Assembly: GCA_043228905.1 (NCBI GenBank)
Contig: JBHGNT010000002.1
Location: 23,808,001-23,872,000 of the forward strand
DNA length: 64,000 bases
Source of the DNA: Azolla caroliniana
Lineage: Eukaryota; Plantae; Polypodiophyta
Direction: 5' to 3'
Position 1 is the stretch's first letter, and each line of letters starts with the position of its first letter. The notes under the pieces were generated by a model. That model made no database searches. It was given only the letters and a program-made list of their open reading frames with translations, and was not told the origin of the DNA. Position numbers and translations under genes: made by a program. Of this stretch, positions 59,021-64,000 are shown piece after piece.

Positions 59021-60949
59021 ACGGTCAGTTGCCGGGATCGGCGGATGAACACGAAAGCGGAGGAACAAAGACCAGTCCTATGGGTCACCTCACGTCAAGC
59101 TAGAGACTTCGGCGGTCGACATCAGATCCGATGTAAGACCAAGATATTGACGGTGGCGGCAGGAGAACGGGTCCCGACAATTTAGAGAGTAATGAACGGA
59201 CCCGGACGAGAACCGGCAGAGCGGCCTTCCGGATAACCGATCCGGAAAGGAGGGAAGACGGTACGTCGGTACATGGGAGAGGGTGCAGAGCAAACTACCC
59301 TCTTGGCATGCGGAGAATGATGACCCGGGACAGGGTTGGGAAGACAAATCGGGGGCCTGAGGAGGATCCTTCACACTGGATCTAGAGACTTCGGCAGTCG
59401 GCAGCGGAACCGACGTAAGAGCAAGCGACTGACAGTGGCGGAGAGGGGACAAGGGCAAAGGCAACGATAGGACGGCCCTATTGGATCCTCACACCGATCC
59501 GAAGACATCGGCAATTCAAGCCGACATGGAAACGTGAGACCGAGTGAGAAGGATGGTGGCGGCAGGAAACGGGAACCGGCGATGCGGGAAGAGAGAACGA
59601 GCAGGCATGGTGGTATTAGGATGGCCAGATGGCCACAAACCGAAACTGGGTCTTTCGGCAAGAATCAAAGGGAGAGTCAGGAACCGACCCGGCTGGAAGA
59701 CAACGCGGAAGACGAGAGGAGAGAAAGGAAGACGGTCCTATGGGATCCTCACACTGATCCGAAGACACCGGCAGTTCAAGCCGACATGGCAACGTGAGAC
59801 CGAGTGAGAAGGATGGTGGCGGCAGGAAACGGGAACTGGCGATGCTGGAAGAGCGGACCGGGAGCCGGCGAGGTCAGAGTTGACAGAGGTCGAACCCTTA
59901 CTGGCCGGTTATGCTTTCAGAGGAAAGCTGGTGAGGGGTAAGCAGGGAGCGGAGCAAGAGACGTGCGAGTAGCCATCAAGGGCCAAAGTGAAGCACGAGT
60001 AGGGGACGGTGTTCGGCACAAGCGATGCCGAAAAAGGAAGGCGAAAGACGGCACATGGTGGTGCCAGGTCGAAAAATGGGTGCGTAACAGACTACAAGAT
60101 TGGAGACCGGACACAAGATTGAGGGCCGGAGAATGATCCTCCACATCCGCTTCAGAGATCTCGGCGGCTCAGTTAGAGTGGCAACGACTGGCGTGGCAAG
60201 CCAAACCTGAGATAACAAGCTGACGGGGGTGAGGGGACGAGGCCAAGAGGAAGGCTCTGAATTGGTGGCAACAACACAACATGACATTGGCCAAGCGGGC
60301 TACAACGGGGTGTTCCTCGGACGCGGAGGACACCGGTATGCGGAGAAGCAGCGATGCACGATCTAGCTAGGCGAGGGTCAACGACACTTGCATGGAAACT
60401 AACTGGAGTTCGGCACAGGCAGTACCGAACACGAGAAGGGGATGCGTGGCACATGGAGGTGCTGGAGCGGGAATATAGGCGCGAAGATGGGTTGCCGGTC
60501 CAGGTGATCTCGCGTAGAAGACCTGAGAGGGATCCTCCACACTAGTTCCGGAGACCTTGGTAGTTCGGCTGTCGTGGAAACGTAAGACCAAGGAGAAGGT
60601 AGGTGGCGGTGAGGGGACGAAGGCGATGGAGATCAGCGTGGAATGACAATCAAGACGATGCGAAGGTCGATGGAGGCCAAGCGGGCCATCATGGGTGCTC
60701 CTCAGACAGAGGACACCGCATATCTGAAGGGACGAGAAGCATGCATGCGGTTGAGAGAAGGGCAAAGACCAATCGACAGGTCGAACGAGCCTATGGAGAG
60801 GCAGGCGCAAGGAAGACCCGGAGCCGACGGAAGCAAACACGGTAGCCGGTATGCGGATTACAAGAAGACCGGTTGCTAACCGGTCGGGTTCTCTCACCCT
60901 TCTCCGGATTTGGCACGTACCAGTTGACATGCAGTTTGGTGGGGGTGGA

Positions 60950-61939
60950 TGTCGTGAAGATTCCGGGCTACGGTGTGAAACTGGGATGGGATGGGCAAGT
61001 CGGCGGAGTGCAACATGTGCACATGTACAATGTAAAATGGTGTATAGAATAAAGAGGGGAAATTTTATCCCACATTGTGACATATCCCTCTCCTTGTTCT
61101 ATAAAAGGAAGGGAGCACCCTTTGTAGAGGGATTGCCCATTTTGAGCTAGGAGGGTATACCACTTAGGTCGAGGGTTTGGTAGTTTTCTTGGTCTTCGTC
61201 TTATTCTTAGGGTTTCTACTTTGGTCTTTCTCCCTATTTCGTTTAGGGTTTCATTTTGAGTCTTCTCCTTCATTGTCTCGTGGGTTTGGGGTTCATTCTT
61301 TTTGAGTGGACGTTAGTATTCCGTTAGGTTCTTCTTCTTGTGAGAGTTCGTGCGAGTTAGGGTTTATGCGGTTTAGGGTTTTAGGTGTTACTCTCTCTTC
61401 TTCGTGTGACAGTTTGGTTTGGTTTGGGGGTTCCTACAACGGCGGCTTTAGGCACTCCGGTGGCAGCACTTGGTGATTCAGCTTCCTCTCCTCGATGGAG
61501 AGCGTTTCGTGTGCCGGCCGGTTCAAGAAGGGAGGGCGAAGTGGCAGGGGAACTCTCCACCGTCTTCGGGGCCTGACCAACGGTGGACGTCGCGGTGCCG
61601 GCGGCCCACTTGACTCGGCTTCGCAGGTTCCCATTCTTAACTTGTTGTATTAGCCTATTTCTATGGAATAGCCACCGGATTCGGGGCATGTAACCGTCTC
61701 GTTGTAAAGCTCTTGTAATATATATTCAAGTTAGCGTATATCTATCTTCCTTGTAACATATTTGAGTTGGGTCCATATTCGCGGTGAACCGTTTTTGTGA
61801 AACCCTACATTCGTTGGAGCCGGAAGCCAATTTCGGACCGAAGCCCACAAAGCTTAAGAACTCCACCATCCGTCTCCCTAGTCCAAGACCCCCGCGGTCC
61901 TGCCTAAGATCCTACACATACTCGCAGAATACCGCGACA
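60950..61939 (+). repeat. ~990-bp LTR of the related host element
   Basis: Starts TGTCGTGAAGATTCCGGGCTACGGTGTGAAAC after TTTGGTGGGGGTGGA, has TATA CTATAAAAG, ends ...GTCCAAGACCCC...GACA, and abuts the copia coding sequence. Confidence 0.75.
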
Positions 61940-63785
61940 ATGGTGCCTATGTCATTGGCGTTGAGGATGAACATCCTCCTGTCTCTTCGCTCTTGCACAA
62001 TTACCCAAGGTGTGTAAACCACACATGCATTCCCTGGTCAACAATTTGTCCGACTAACACCAAGTTCTTTGTGATTGTCGGAACATGAAGTACGTTCATC
62101 AGCTTTCCCTTTTGTTCGACATGGCTTAAAGGGACTTCTCTGACATGCACAATCGGGTGACATGTGTCGTCTTTGGTTTTAACAATTCCCGGTTATTCCG
62201 GTTTCTCTAAAAATGAGAACCACTCTTCATGGCTCGCCATGTCATTAGGTGCTCCGGAATCAATGTACCATACTTCCTCCAATCCGGAAGTGGTCTTCTT
62301 CATCGAGTTCACCTTCTGCTTAATCACGAAGGCTGTCCCTTCACTGGTCTTCCTGGTTCCGGATCCTTCCAATCCTTTTGCATAGAGCGAGCTTTGCCGG
62401 TTTTCCTGTCCGGCCTTACAGGATCTGGATTTGTCTGAATCGGTGCATTTCTTCCAACACTCGCTTTTTCTGTGGCCTTTCTTGCCACAATACCAGCATT
62501 CCATGTCGTCCTTCCCTTGTCGGTTTCCGGCACCGTTTTGAGTCCCCCTACTCGTGGAAGTTCCGGAACTGTTCTCGACATTGTCTCGATTCTGCTCTCG
62601 CCGGCCACCTCCATTGTGTGCCGATCCACCTCGTCCTCCACGCCAATGGGGCCGGTCCGCCTTTGTGTACAACATCCGGTTGTCCGGTTAAGTGGTCCTC
62701 GACCCACTCGCGTGGTTTTCTTTGACCTTCAGCATCGATTGCAGGTCCAAGAAGGACGGTGGCTTGTCTCAAGTGCAGATCATCGTCCGGATTGGCCCGT
62801 ACCGTTTCGCTAGACCACCAAGGCAGATTTATACCATTTCGTCTTCGTCGACCGTCACATTGATGGACCCGAGCGCGTCACAAATCTCCTTTATTTTGGT
62901 GATGTACTCCGTAACCGACATATCTCTCTGTCGGATGTTGTTCAACTCTTGCCGGAGCTGCAACGTATAGGTTGTGGTACTTGCGGCGAAAATCTTCCGA
63001 AGATTTTCCCACGCCTCCTTTGGCGTTTTTGCATCCTTGATGTAGTCGAGCATTTGATCATGCATACATGATGCGAGGTAGTACAACACTCTGCTCACAC
63101 CTTGTTCCCATGCTAGGAAGTCCTTGTGTACCGGCTTGGGCGCTACATTGTTCAATCCTTCCACATAGCTCCAGTAACCATGCCTGAGTAGGTACTGCTG
63201 CATTTTATATGACTAGGATGCATAGTTGCTTCGGTCGAGCTTTTCTGTGGGAAGGGAACTTGCCATACCTCTGTCCATCTTGGTTCTCTTTTGTTCTTAA
63301 CCGGGTTTTAGGGTTTGTCTTCAAAAGTGTCTGTCGGTTGCAGAGGAGTCTCAACCCTCCCGCTTTGATACCATGTTAAAGTTAATATGCGGAAGCGATG
63401 ACAAACCGGTTCAGCCGGATACCAACGTACAGAAGAAGGTTTAATGGAGACCTTACACAAAGAATACACGGGAGAGACAAAGAGAGAACAAAACATAAAC
63501 TCAGTTCAAAAATAATAATCCTCTGTACATAAAATGTGCTCAGAGAGCACTTTTATACAAGTCCATAAAGGACTGACAGGTACTTCAATGCTCATACAAG
63601 CGACTACCACTTTTTCATACGTGCTAGGTTAGATTCGTCGGCCTCTAACGGCCTACCAGTTTCAATCTGATCTGGCTCCTGGTTCATTTATTATCCGGAC
63701 ACCAATCTGGTTCTCCGTTTCGGACACCGATACAGCTCTGGCTTATTCAGCCGATCCGAATCCGGTTGAGCATGCTTGCTCAACA
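61940..63785 (-). mobile_element. 5' part of a Ty1/copia element: 5' LTR (63374-63785), PBS, gag and protease; truncated by the insertion at 61939
   Basis: TGTTG...TAACA LTR; PBS TGGTATCAAAGC at 63362-63373; MDRGMASSLPTEKLDRSNY from 63278; CWYCGKKGHRKSEC; WYIDSGA; LHVPTITKNL. Confidence 0.9.
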
Positions 63786-63955
63786 TAAAATATATATGAA
63801 ATAAGAAAGGAGAGAGAAAGAAGGGTGCAGATCCACCCGGCCACCCCCGAGCGAAGGGATCGAGACGAACTCGATCCTCGATCGGTGTCCCGTACCACTG
63901 CCATGGCGTTGAGGCGTATCTTGTGCTAGCGCACTCGCTACAAGAGTTGACCCCA
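63786..63955 (-). repeat. Fragment of an LTR related to the chromovirus LTR, interrupted by the copia element
   Basis: The reverse complement matches GGGTCAACTCTTGT...GAGTTCGTCTCGATCCCTTCGCTCGGGGGTGG..GGGTGGATC.GCACCCTTCTTTCTCTCTC of 54645-54800. Confidence 0.85.
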
Positions 63956-64000
63956 TGTTAAGCGCTTGGATTGCACCACAACTAGTCATGAATAAGAGCG

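Larger units (their letters stand above)
27656..61939 (+). mobile_element. 5'-deleted non-coding LTR element related to the gag-only element. Internal remnants at 27656-27795, 54853-55487 and 59021-60949; 3' LTR at 60950-61939. It hosts the nested insertions.
   Basis: Shared GAGACTTCGGCRGT motif repeats on both sides of the nested elements; the same TTTGGTGGGGGTGGA pre-LTR tract; LTR ends TGTCGTGAAGATT...GACA resemble those of the 55488 element. Confidence 0.6.

Noticed and set aside
55488-61939. Hammerhead ribozyme (retrozyme) in the non-autonomous LTRs
   Set aside because: No CTGANGA...GAAA core with supporting helices was seen by eye; an Infernal search would be needed to exclude it fully.
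26255-63785. The copia RT/3' LTR at 26255-27655 and the copia 5' LTR/gag at 61940-63785 as two halves of one element
   Set aside because: The two LTRs do not match beyond their terminal bases, and the flanks (GTTTG vs TAAAA) are not a TSD.

Overview
A repeat-dominated eukaryotic plant window, most likely from a non-seed land plant such as a fern (inferred from the TE lineages and the secretory-type PPO; not proven). One intact host gene is present: an intronless polyphenol oxidase (11266-12924, minus) with a signal-peptide-like N-terminus instead of a plastid transit peptide. The rest is nested transposable elements. These are a decayed RTEX-like LINE interrupted by a 2.1-kb insert carrying ~8 copies of a 51-bp palindrome, an L1 fragment split by a full-length Ty1/copia element, three partial copia elements, and a chromovirus (27796-54852). 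The chromovirus gag is split by two insertions. The first is a 10.2-kb DNA transposon with bipartite TIRs, a perfect 8-bp TSD and a spliced ~1370-aa P-element-like transposase carrying extra zinc-finger and BAH-like domains; this is the most notable object in the window. The second is a young Athila-like gypsy element with an intact ~900-aa extra ORF and no canonical PPT. A tRNA-Trp-primed gag-only LTR element is nested in a relative further downstream. All coordinates and identities were read by eye; no searches were run.
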